From: Candidatus Nomurabacteria bacterium | Lineage (GTDB): Bacteria; Patescibacteriota; Minisyncoccia; Phycocordibacterales; UBA9973 | Direction of reading: 5' to 3' | Assembly (NCBI GenBank): GCA_003155695.1 | Contig: PMDZ01000005.1 | Span: 49,913-113,912 of the forward strand | DNA length: 64,000 bases | Part shown: piece by piece, positions 9,283-18,044 of the stretch | How positions within the stretch are numbered: the stretch's first letter is position 1 | How the letters are laid out: the number at the start of each line of letters is the position of its first letter | The notes under the pieces: model-generated | Database searches by the model: none | The model's input: the letters and a program-made list of their open reading frames with translations, nothing else | What the model was told of the DNA's origin: nothing | Position numbers and translations under genes: made by a program

Positions 9283-10725
9283 TTATTTTCTTAAAAACAA
9301 GGGGGCCTCTGGTTTTTTGTTTTCTTTAATTAATTCTTGGATTTTTTTAGCAGTTTCTGGAATAACAGATTCTAGAGCTAAAGCTGCACCGTATAAATGG
9401 AATAGTAAATAATATACGTCTTTTTCTGCCTCTTCTTTATTTATTTTAATTTTTTTAAATGGTTCATTCTTTTGAATGTATTCATCTAGGTTTTTTAAAT
9501 TAAACCAAATATTATTTATAAATTTATTTAGATCAAAATTTTCCAAATCCTCATTTGTATCTGTATAATATTTCATTTTTAAATCTTCATCGGATAATTT
9601 TACTCCATAATTTGTTGACATAGTCATGATTCTCGAAACCAAATTTCCTAGACCGTTGGCGAGTCCCGAGTTGTAGGCATCTTTGAATCGCTCAAGGGTG
9701 AATGGACTGTCCTCAAACGAGGAGATTTCACGGAGAAGGAAATAGCGGAGGGCGTCTGTGCCATATTCGGCGACTATATCTCTTGGGTCAACGCCATTGC
9801 CGAGCGATTTGGACATTCTGGTGCCTCCCTCAGCCGTTATAAAGCCATTCACAACGATTTGGTGTGAATTAGGCAATCCAGCCGCCATAAGCATTGCTTG
9901 CCACGTTGCCGCCTGAAAACGGGTATTATCTTTACCGCAGTATTGTGTTGGGGTTCCTCGCACCCAGTATTTTTCGAAATCATCCTGTTTATCCGGCCAA
10001 CCAAGTGTTGAGATGTAATTTGTCAGGGCATCGAACCAAACATACATCACATGCTCCTTATCATCCGGCACTTCTATTCCCCAAGGCATTTTCTCTTTTA
10101 AGCGGGAAATAGAAAAATCTTGTAAACCACCTTCAACAAAATTTTTTATTTCATGGAATCTAAACTCTGGGATGACAAAATTAGGTTTTTTTTCGTATAA
10201 ATCCAAAAGTTTTTCACCAAATGCCGAATATTTGAAAAAATAATTTTCTTCGTCAATCAGTTCAACTTGTTTTCCAGGATGGAGAAGACATTCACCTTTT
10301 TCGTTCAATTCCGAATCGGTTTTCTCGCTTTCGCAACCGACACAATATTTGGTTTGATAACTTTTTTTATAGATATATCCGTTATCTTTGACCCTTTTCC
10401 AGAATTCCTGCGCTGCCATCTCGTGATATTTGTCTGTTGTTCTGACAAAATGGATATCCGGACTTACTCCAAACATTTTCAGTTGTTCTTTAAAAGTTTC
10501 AAACCCTGCATCGACAAATTCTTTCGGGTCTTGGTCTTTCTCTATTGCCTTTTCATAATTTTTCTTTCCATGTTCGTCAGTCCCGGTATTAAAATAAACA
10601 TCGAAACCCTGAAGTTTCTTGTAACGCACAATTGTGTCGGCTCGGACAAACTCAAGAGCGTGACCCATATGAAGTGGGGCATTGACGTAAGGAAGTGTGG
10701 TTGTCAGATAAAATGTTTTTTGCAT
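9283..10725 (-). CDS. metG: Methionyl-tRNA synthetase, short form without C-terminal tRNA-binding domain
   Basis: YLTTTLPYVN..HMGH, GTDEHG, YVWFDAL, RMSKSLGN; start moved to MQKTFY (ATG at 10725). Confidence 0.95.
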   Translation of the reverse strand: MQKTFYLTTTLPYVNAPLHMGHALEFVRADTIVRYKKLQGFDVYFNTGTDEHGKKNYEKAIEKDQDPKEFVDAGFETFKEQLKMFGVSPDIHFVRTTDKYHEMAAQEFWKRVKDNGYIYKKSYQTKYCVGCESEKTDSELNEKGECLLHPGKQVELIDEENYFFKYSAFGEKLLDLYEKKPNFVIPEFRFHEIKNFVEGGLQDFSISRLKEKMPWGIEVPDDKEHVMYVWFDALTNYISTLGWPDKQDDFEKYWVRGTPTQYCGKDNTRFQAATWQAMLMAAGLPNSHQIVVNGFITAEGGTRMSKSLGNGVDPRDIVAEYGTDALRYFLLREISSFEDSPFTLERFKDAYNSGLANGLGNLVSRIMTMSTNYGVKLSDEDLKMKYYTDTNEDLENFDLNKFINNIWFNLKNLDEYIQKNEPFKKIKINKEEAEKDVYYLLFHLYGAALALESVIPETAKKIQELIKENKKPEAPLFLRK

Positions 10726-10726
10726 A

Positions 10727-11794
10727 CTATGTCTCCCTGGCGAGAATTTTCTTCTTTTCAAGGTCATCCAAAAATTCCAATAGACAAACTGCCGATGGTA
10801 TAGCCAGAATCACACCCAAAAATCCAGCCAGTTCTATCCCGATAATAATGGAGAGGACAACAACAAGTGGAGATATGCCTATAACTTTTTTTATTATCAA
10901 AGGATATATCAAATAATTCTCAAATTGATGAAGAATAAAATACAAACCAAAAGAAAGGAATGCCATAGTCGCTCCACCATTCAAAAATCCAAACAAAACT
11001 ACAGGAATTACCGCGACAAAGATTCCGAATGGGACAAGTTCACAGAACGCTGTCAAAATGGCAAGCACAAGTGAATATTTAACTCCCAAAATTGTCAGTC
11101 CCAAGTAAGCGAGAACTCCAATGATAAGTCCCAAAAGCATCTGCCCTTGGATCCAAAGGCCAATCTTGTGTTCTGTGCGTTGCCAAAGATCAATGATATA
11201 TTCTTCGCTGTGGCGTGGTACAACAATACGTAAGAAGTTCTCAATACCTTTTTCGGTAATTGAAAAATAAAAAGATATTATTATAATCAATATAAAATTT
11301 AAGACACCCCCGAATGCTTTATCAAAAATATCCAGGAACCCACCCGATAGATTAGAAATCAAATCTTGGACACTTTTAATAATATCACCCAAGGAAGCAT
11401 TGTGAGAAACAGTAGATACTATGTTTGTTGCACTTGAGATTGTATCAGGCTGAAAAGTATTAAAGATACTACCATGAGGAATATATTGGCTGAGAGATGC
11501 GACAAGAGCGGACATTTCATTTACAAATACAGGCATGAAAACAGATGACAATCCTACTATTATGCCAATGACTAATATATAGATTAGGAAAACTGCAATT
11601 GATCTACTTTTTATGTGGCGTCTAAGTTTTTTAACTGCCGATTCGACAAAAGAAGCGATGACTATGGCCACAAGAATAATAAGTACGACGTTAAATAATT
11701 TAATAAGAGCAAAAACCAGCACTCCTAAAAGGAGTATTTTTATCAGGGTATTTGTCGAGATACTTATATGCAGGTTTTTAACTTTTCCATCCAT
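10727..11794 (-). CDS. AI-2E family transporter
   Basis: WIQGQ, ELVPFG, QFENYLIYP, G..GVILAIP motifs. Confidence 0.88.
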   Translation of the reverse strand: MDGKVKNLHISISTNTLIKILLLGVLVFALIKLFNVVLIILVAIVIASFVESAVKKLRRHIKSRSIAVFLIYILVIGIIVGLSSVFMPVFVNEMSALVASLSQYIPHGSIFNTFQPDTISSATNIVSTVSHNASLGDIIKSVQDLISNLSGGFLDIFDKAFGGVLNFILIIIISFYFSITEKGIENFLRIVVPRHSEEYIIDLWQRTEHKIGLWIQGQMLLGLIIGVLAYLGLTILGVKYSLVLAILTAFCELVPFGIFVAVIPVVLFGFLNGGATMAFLSFGLYFILHQFENYLIYPLIIKKVIGISPLVVVLSIIIGIELAGFLGVILAIPSAVCLLEFLDDLEKKKILARET

Positions 11795-11825
11795 ATACTC
11801 CTATAATAACACATTATTACACGAA

Positions 11826-13097
11826 TTAGAATTTTAGGATTTTCTTGAACTTACCGCTATCTTTAAATGGCCCGATAATAGCAAGGTTTAAGTTTTTGAT
11901 TTTGAATATAATCTTTGCCATTTTTTGTATGTCGTTTGAGGTTACCTCCTGAATTTCTTTAATTTTCGTCTCAAGAGTTTTTATCTCTCTTTTCATAAGT
12001 TCTTGAGTACCGTAAAAACTGGCAATATCATCAGTCGCCTCAAGGGACATTTTTATATTCCCTATCAAGAATGATTTAACTTTATTTAATTCTTTCTCCT
12101 CTACTTTTCGATTCACCAAATTGTCGCACTCTTTCAATATTTCTTTTATGACTTCTTCGACTCGTTTATTATTGACTCCAGCCGATATTTCGAAACTTCC
12201 GTAGTCAAGTGATGTATTATTAAACGCTCTGACATAATAAGCCACACCCATTTCTTCGCGAAGTTTAATAAATAATCTAGAACTCATTCCGGCACCAAGA
12301 ACTCCGGAAAGCAAGGAAAGAATCATATTCCTTTTATCAAAGAGTGAAAAAGTGCGGACTCCAAGAACAAAATGTGTCTGGTCCGTTTCTTTAAATTTTA
12401 CCAATACTTTGGGATTTGTTTGAACATCTTTTGTTTTTGATTTTTTGATTTTTGTTGTAGATTTTATATTTTTAAAATATTTTTCTGCTTCTTTATAGAC
12501 TTCCTTATTTGTAATATTCCCTGAGACGATGATAACAGTACTGGCGGCAACATAATGACTGCTCTTATAATTTACAAAGTTATCCCGAACCATTTTGTGA
12601 ATATTTTCTTTTGTTCCGGCAATGCTCCACCCGGCTGGTTGATCACCGTATAAAACTTCATCGAACAAATCCTGAACGTGCGCTTGTGGAATATCTTCAT
12701 ACATATTTATTTCCTCCGTAATAACTCCTTTTTCTTTTTCTATTTCTTTTTCCGGAAAAGTCGAATTTAGATATATATCGGAAACAACATCGAAAATTTG
12801 TTTAAAATTTTTGGCATCACCTTTGGCATAATAGCCGGTCAATTCGTGGTCGGTAAAAGCATTATATTGGCAACCCAGAGAATCAAGCTCGTGCGATATG
12901 GCTTGAGCATTTTGCCGCTTTGAAGTCCCCTTGAAGCACATGTGCTCAAGAAAGTGTGAAATACCATTTATCTCTTTTGTTTCATAATTGCTCCCTGTTC
13001 CGACAAGGACAAGGACTGTCACTGTCGGATTATCCTTCATCGGCACAGTCACGACTCTAAGCCCGTTTTTATACGTCTTTTTGATGGCTTTTTGCAT
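11826..13097 (-). CDS. M16 family (pitrilysin-like) zinc peptidase
   Basis: GISHFLEHMCFKGT (HxxEH) and SSRLF..LRE. Confidence 0.93.
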   Translation of the reverse strand: MQKAIKKTYKNGLRVVTVPMKDNPTVTVLVLVGTGSNYETKEINGISHFLEHMCFKGTSKRQNAQAISHELDSLGCQYNAFTDHELTGYYAKGDAKNFKQIFDVVSDIYLNSTFPEKEIEKEKGVITEEINMYEDIPQAHVQDLFDEVLYGDQPAGWSIAGTKENIHKMVRDNFVNYKSSHYVAASTVIIVSGNITNKEVYKEAEKYFKNIKSTTKIKKSKTKDVQTNPKVLVKFKETDQTHFVLGVRTFSLFDKRNMILSLLSGVLGAGMSSRLFIKLREEMGVAYYVRAFNNTSLDYGSFEISAGVNNKRVEEVIKEILKECDNLVNRKVEEKELNKVKSFLIGNIKMSLEATDDIASFYGTQELMKREIKTLETKIKEIQEVTSNDIQKMAKIIFKIKNLNLAIIGPFKDSGKFKKILKF

Positions 13098-13136
13098 AAG
13101 GCAATATTACCATATTTTGAGGGAGATAAAAAACAA

Positions 13137-13165
13137 AAAATTGCTAGGTCTTGCCTGGCAATTTT
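13137..13165 (-). terminator. Putative terminator after GlyRS gene
   Basis: AAAATTGCCAGG-caaga-CCTAGCAATTTT then T tract on the minus strand. Confidence 0.6.
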
Positions 13166-13166
13166 C

Positions 13167-14468
13167 TTAATTCATTTTATCTTTTATATAGTCAATTATA
13201 TCTTCTTTTTTTATTCTTTCTTGATTGCCTGTATCGCGGTCACGGATAGTCACTGAATTATCGGTAAGAGTATCAAAGTCGATGACGATGCACCACGGTG
13301 TACCGATTTCATCTTGTCTTCGGTAACGTTTTCCGATATTACCATTGTCATCCCACATAACTCGTCCGAATTCATCTTTGAGTGCGCGATAAACCAAGTG
13401 AGCATAATCACGAAGTTCCTGTTTGTTTTTAAGAAGTGGAGAAACAGCACAAATAACCGGAGCGACGGTCGGACTGAAAGCCAGATACGGTCTTACTTCT
13501 TCCCCACTCATGTCCTCTTTATAGACACTCGATAAAATGGCAAGAATAATTCTATCTACTCCAAAAGTAGGTTCTACTACATGCGGAATAATTTTTGTAC
13601 TTGTCTCCTCGTCTTGATAGAAAAGATTATGATTCTTCAAATCAAAATCGGTTCTATATGCCAATCCATAAAGTTCCTTCTGTCCGAATGGAAAATCAAA
13701 CTCAAAATCAATCGTGCGTTTGGAATAATGAGCCAAGTCTTCCTTTTCGACTTCAAGCTCATGAACTTTATTCATGTCTACACCCACCATTTCAACCCAA
13801 GCAAGTGTTTCATTTTTCCAATATTCAAAATATTTTTCCCAATCTTCTTCTTTCAAAAAAAATTCAATTTCCATTTGCTCAAATTCCCTGACGCGGAAAA
13901 CAAAGTCACGGGGAGTTATTTCATTCCTGAAAGCCTTTCCGATTTGCGCCATACCGAAAGGAAGTTTTGGATGAAATGAATCAACAATATTTTTGAAATT
14001 TACAAACATTCCCTGAGCCGTTTCCGGACGTAGATAAACTATAGCCGAAGAATCTTCAACGGCTCCAATATGAGTTTTAAACATCATATTGAAAAGACGC
14101 ACTTCCCCGGTCTTTCCCCCACAATCATCGCAAATCCCTTCAACTTTCAATTGGTCGGCGCGAAAACGCCTTTTGCATTTTGTACATTCAACCAAAGGGT
14201 CTGAAAATGTATCGACATGCCCGCTTGCTTTCCAAACCGCCGAATTCATAATAATCGCCGCATCAACACCATATATATCTTCCCGAGAATCAACAAACTT
14301 TTTCCACCAAAGATTTTTTATATTATTTTTTAGAGCCACTCCGAGTGGCCCATAGTCGTAAGTTCCGGCAAGTCCACCATATATCTCTGAGCCCTGATAA
14401 ATGAATCCTCTTCTTTTGCAAAGCGATATTATTTTTTCCATTAAATTGTTTTCGTTTTTTTCTTGCAT
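13167..14468 (-). CDS. glyQS: Glycyl-tRNA synthetase, alpha2 (homodimeric) type
   Basis: KRRGF, YLRPETAQG, GKAFRNEITPR, FEQMEIEF, IGKRYRRQDEIGTP; start moved to MQEKNE. Confidence 0.95.
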   Translation of the reverse strand: MQEKNENNLMEKIISLCKRRGFIYQGSEIYGGLAGTYDYGPLGVALKNNIKNLWWKKFVDSREDIYGVDAAIIMNSAVWKASGHVDTFSDPLVECTKCKRRFRADQLKVEGICDDCGGKTGEVRLFNMMFKTHIGAVEDSSAIVYLRPETAQGMFVNFKNIVDSFHPKLPFGMAQIGKAFRNEITPRDFVFRVREFEQMEIEFFLKEEDWEKYFEYWKNETLAWVEMVGVDMNKVHELEVEKEDLAHYSKRTIDFEFDFPFGQKELYGLAYRTDFDLKNHNLFYQDEETSTKIIPHVVEPTFGVDRIILAILSSVYKEDMSGEEVRPYLAFSPTVAPVICAVSPLLKNKQELRDYAHLVYRALKDEFGRVMWDDNGNIGKRYRRQDEIGTPWCIVIDFDTLTDNSVTIRDRDTGNQERIKKEDIIDYIKDKMN

Positions 14469-14496
14469 TTTTTTAATTCGTAATTCGTAATTATTA
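14469..14496. repeat. TTCGTAA heptamer cassette upstream of GlyRS start, identical to the rpsR upstream cassette
   Basis: ttttttaattcgtaattcgtaattatta (28 nt) also at 6793-6820. Confidence 0.85.
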
Positions 14497-16395
14497 TTGT
14501 ACCACTCTTGCATTAGTTTGAATAAAGTTTGGATCATTCAATAATAAGGTAGTAATAGCCCCATAGTTATCTTTGATTACCGTATTTGTAAATGAATCCG
14601 TACCGGACAGAAAAACTTCCTTCATAAGTTGGGGAACACTATCCACCTGAGACAAAGAAGGACTAATAGAAATAATGAAGGAAATTTCACGATTTGAATT
14701 TATTCCAGTACCGGGAAGAACTGAACCCATGTTCCAAATCACTTCTCTGGTGACATCATTATAAGTTAAATTATCGTTTTGTCCCGAAGCGAGTCCTACC
14801 CATTTAATATATATCGGTAAAGCTGAACGTGCTTGCGCTTGAGTTATACTATTTGCCGAATTTGAAAGAGTCCAGGTAACTATGTATTTCGTTTCGGTTT
14901 CCGCCTTTGGAGGCATACTACCGGAAAGATAATAAGCAGATGAGGCAATTTGAAAATCAGATGATACTTTGACTATTTTTTCGGAAAAATTATTTATGTC
15001 ATCATAAGTAGAACCTAGGAGTGGTTTCCTACCTTTAATACTGACTTTAATGGAGATTTGTGGACTTTTTGCTATATATGATGAATTAATGAGAGAAAGT
15101 GGTTTCAAACTGAAAGTAACTGACCCTTTTCCGCCCGGATTTATTTCTGCCAGTTGCGGGGTTGAATTTCGGTCCCAAATAATTTGATTTTTGGCTGAAT
15201 CATAGAAACCGTTATTGGGATTGACGCTACTCTTGTCAAAGACATTTCCGGATAAACTTACAATTATTTGTCCATCAGTTATACGTGTCGGCAAATTATT
15301 CGCCCAATCTATCTCGGCATTAATAGTCTCGCCTCCTGAAACAACATATTCTGTTTTATCTTGACCATCAACCAAAATATGAGCATCAAGGAATGGTTTT
15401 GCGATAAGAATTTTCTGTAAAATGGAACTATAAACAACATTCACTGTCGATCGGTCGGTTCCGTTTGTCGTTCCCGCATAGGCATGGAATACTTGTTCGT
15501 CACCATCTTGGCCGATAAGTCTTCCCTTAATTTCAACAGTTATAGGATTGGTAAGGGAAAGAGATGAAATATCCCAAATAGAATTTCCCAAGAGTGGAGT
15601 AGGTGTAGCACTATCAAAGACAAAATTAGTGGGATATATGACTTGTAATATAGGACTTTCTCCTGTCAAAGAAGTATTGAGTGTGGCTGTGATACTAAAA
15701 GATATCGGCTGATTGGAAATGGCATCCGTAGGAGCATCTACATTAAGAGAAAGTGGCGCTAAACTTATTGTAACAGGATAATATTTGTCTTTGGAAAAAA
15801 TTGCATTTGACCCTTCCGGATGGTATTCCAAACTGATTTTTACATTTCTAACCGATTTCTCTTCTCCAAAAAGTGTAACTTTAATATTGCGGAGGACACT
15901 TTCCCCTGGCTTGATTGTTCCAATGGAATCTCGAGGTAGGCGAACAACGTCAGTCGTATTGTCATCCGCTCCTTTAGGATATTCGACAATCAAATCCGCC
16001 AATTCAAGACTTGCGGCATTGTTATTGGTAATTTCAATTTGAAGGGGTAGTTCATCTCCACCTTTGGTGAAAGAATTACCTACTACGTCTATATTTATTT
16101 TATCACTTGAAACAGAAACATCATTTTGAGAAAATTTATAATAAGCAAATCCAAGCGCTCCGACAAAAAAGATAATCGAAGCGATAAAAAACTTTTTGAA
16201 TACTGACATTGGTGGTTTTATAAATATACTATTTATACCACCTTCTTTTTTTGTTGCCTCATCACTCCATTTTCCAAGAACCTTGTGTTTTACCGGATGT
16301 AATATTCCCTCTCTCTGGTGCCCAATGGTCTTATCATTGGGGTCATAAAGGTTTCTTTTTATATCTTCGATTTTGTTTTTATTCTCTTCATGCAT
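14494..16395 (-). CDS. Large single-pass membrane protein with tandem beta-sandwich (Ig/DUF11-like) extracellular domains
   Basis: 633 aa, one TM at ~aa 68-86, repeated beta-rich modules with W.......PG motifs. Confidence 0.75.
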   Translation of the reverse strand: MHEENKNKIEDIKRNLYDPNDKTIGHQREGILHPVKHKVLGKWSDEATKKEGGINSIFIKPPMSVFKKFFIASIIFFVGALGFAYYKFSQNDVSVSSDKINIDVVGNSFTKGGDELPLQIEITNNNAASLELADLIVEYPKGADDNTTDVVRLPRDSIGTIKPGESVLRNIKVTLFGEEKSVRNVKISLEYHPEGSNAIFSKDKYYPVTISLAPLSLNVDAPTDAISNQPISFSITATLNTSLTGESPILQVIYPTNFVFDSATPTPLLGNSIWDISSLSLTNPITVEIKGRLIGQDGDEQVFHAYAGTTNGTDRSTVNVVYSSILQKILIAKPFLDAHILVDGQDKTEYVVSGGETINAEIDWANNLPTRITDGQIIVSLSGNVFDKSSVNPNNGFYDSAKNQIIWDRNSTPQLAEINPGGKGSVTFSLKPLSLINSSYIAKSPQISIKVSIKGRKPLLGSTYDDINNFSEKIVKVSSDFQIASSAYYLSGSMPPKAETETKYIVTWTLSNSANSITQAQARSALPIYIKWVGLASGQNDNLTYNDVTREVIWNMGSVLPGTGINSNREISFIISISPSLSQVDSVPQLMKEVFLSGTDSFTNTVIKDNYGAITTLLLNDPNFIQTNARVVQ

Positions 16396-16421
16396 ACGTT
16401 TTATTATAGCACAAAATAGCC

Positions 16422-17006
16422 TTATAACTGACTCTCATTTAGAGCTTTATTTATATGAGCTATTATGGATTGCCTCTCTTTGAGTAACATTTCCGTCTTA
16501 TTGCAATCAAATGAGGAGCATAAATATTTCGACAACATATCGGAATCACCAATATATCCAAGGCTGTTCATAACCCGCAAAACCAGATGTAATTCAAGTG
16601 CTTCGCGAGTTGAAGACGACATATACTCATTATCGAGCAAATAAAGCGCTTGGATAAAGTCGTCGAAAATTGTTTCGCTCGGGCTTTCCCCGGTGCAAAG
16701 ACGCTCGAGTAATTTGCCGACTCTAGTCATTAAAATTAAAGAGGGTTCGTTATATCTCGCAAGCGGAAACGACGAAATATGCTTTGCCGAAGTCACTCGC
16801 CATAATTCTCTGCCACGAACCAAGTCGACATTTACATAGGAAAAGTCCTGTAAAGTGAAACGAAGTTTTGATTTGTGGAACCTCACTCCCTGAACGAAAG
16901 CACGAACAAGCCCCATCTCCCTCGTATAAATAGTCAACATCTTATTCGCCTCACCCATATTGCGAGATGAAAGTATAAATCCATGTGTGTGGTGTATGTG
17001 GTGCAT
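16422..17006 (-). CDS. recO: DNA repair protein RecO
   Basis: GFILSSRNMGEANK.LTIYTRE.G.VRA..QGVR..KSKL N-terminal OB fold. Confidence 0.85.
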   Translation of the reverse strand: MHHIHHTHGFILSSRNMGEANKMLTIYTREMGLVRAFVQGVRFHKSKLRFTLQDFSYVNVDLVRGRELWRVTSAKHISSFPLARYNEPSLILMTRVGKLLERLCTGESPSETIFDDFIQALYLLDNEYMSSSTREALELHLVLRVMNSLGYIGDSDMLSKYLCSSFDCNKTEMLLKERQSIIAHINKALNESQL

Positions 17007-17011
17007 AATAT

Positions 17012-17626
17012 TTATTTTAACATATTATTTATAGTGTTTAACATGTCATTTGGGTCGTCAATTATTGTGATTGGGTTACCCTTTCCAAGAGTTTCTCTGT
17101 CATGGAAACCCCAAGTAACAGCTATCGATTTTACTTCACATTTTTGGGCTTCTCTTATATCTCCCAAAGTATCCGTAATGTAAACAGTATTTTCCGATGA
17201 AATTTCATATTTTTTAAGAATATTATTTATTTTTTCGACTTTGTTTGAAGTAAAATCATAACCTAAGACATCATCGAAATACGCCAAGAGATCTTCACGT
17301 TTTAATATTTTTTCAATAGATGAAGTTTGGGTCGAGGAAACTATAGCTAAAATATATTTCAAGGATAATTCTTGAACAATTTTTTTAAGAATATTTGGAA
17401 CTTTTATTTCGCGAGTATGTTTATCGTATTGACAAAAATAATCTGGATGAGATATTAATTTTCTGTTTTTGAGAGCTTCATGTAAATTCTCCTCATAGAG
17501 TGACTTAAATTCATCTAATTTTACATTTTCATTCACTTCTTTAAATACATCATAACTGGCAATCAGAGTGTCAACCAGTACCCCATCAAAATCAAATATA
17601 ACTATTTTTTTATTTTCCGGATTCAT
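17012..17626 (-). CDS. HAD-superfamily phosphatase (Gph-like)
   Basis: FDFDGVLVDT motif I, YITDTLGDI motif IV, AVTWGF. Confidence 0.88.
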   Translation of the reverse strand: MNPENKKIVIFDFDGVLVDTLIASYDVFKEVNENVKLDEFKSLYEENLHEALKNRKLISHPDYFCQYDKHTREIKVPNILKKIVQELSLKYILAIVSSTQTSSIEKILKREDLLAYFDDVLGYDFTSNKVEKINNILKKYEISSENTVYITDTLGDIREAQKCEVKSIAVTWGFHDRETLGKGNPITIIDDPNDMLNTINNMLK

Positions 17627-18044
17627 TTTGCAAATATTTTTGCGCTTTTCTTAAAACATTTTTCGTTTCTTCAAAACTTAGAGTATCAAGAGCTTCTTGA
17701 AAAGTTGCCCATTTGTATTCACAAATTTCGGATTCCTGCATAACTACCTTATCTTCTTTTGTAAAAGCAATGAAAAGTTCAACTGTTTTATCGTATTTCT
17801 CTCCGCCCAACTCAAAAGTATATCTATCTATTATATTAGGCAGTCCTGTAAACTCAATATCACTAATTCCGGTTTCTTCTCTTAGTTCACGAATTGCGGA
17901 TTCGCGCGGGGTTTCTCTTTCCTGTGCGTGCCCTTTTGGGAAACTCCAATGTCCATCCGTCTGATTTAATATCAAAAATCTGTCTTCGTCACCGTCTCTA
18001 CGAAGTACAAGAATGACACCATAACTTTTTTCTTTTTTATTCAT
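17610..18044 (-). CDS. NUDIX hydrolase, Ap4A-hydrolase-like
   Basis: HWSFPKGH....ETP..SAIRELREETG Nudix box. Confidence 0.85.
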   Translation of the reverse strand: MNKKEKSYGVILVLRRDGDEDRFLILNQTDGHWSFPKGHAQERETPRESAIRELREETGISDIEFTGLPNIIDRYTFELGGEKYDKTVELFIAFTKEDKVVMQESEICEYKWATFQEALDTLSFEETKNVLRKAQKYLQNESGK

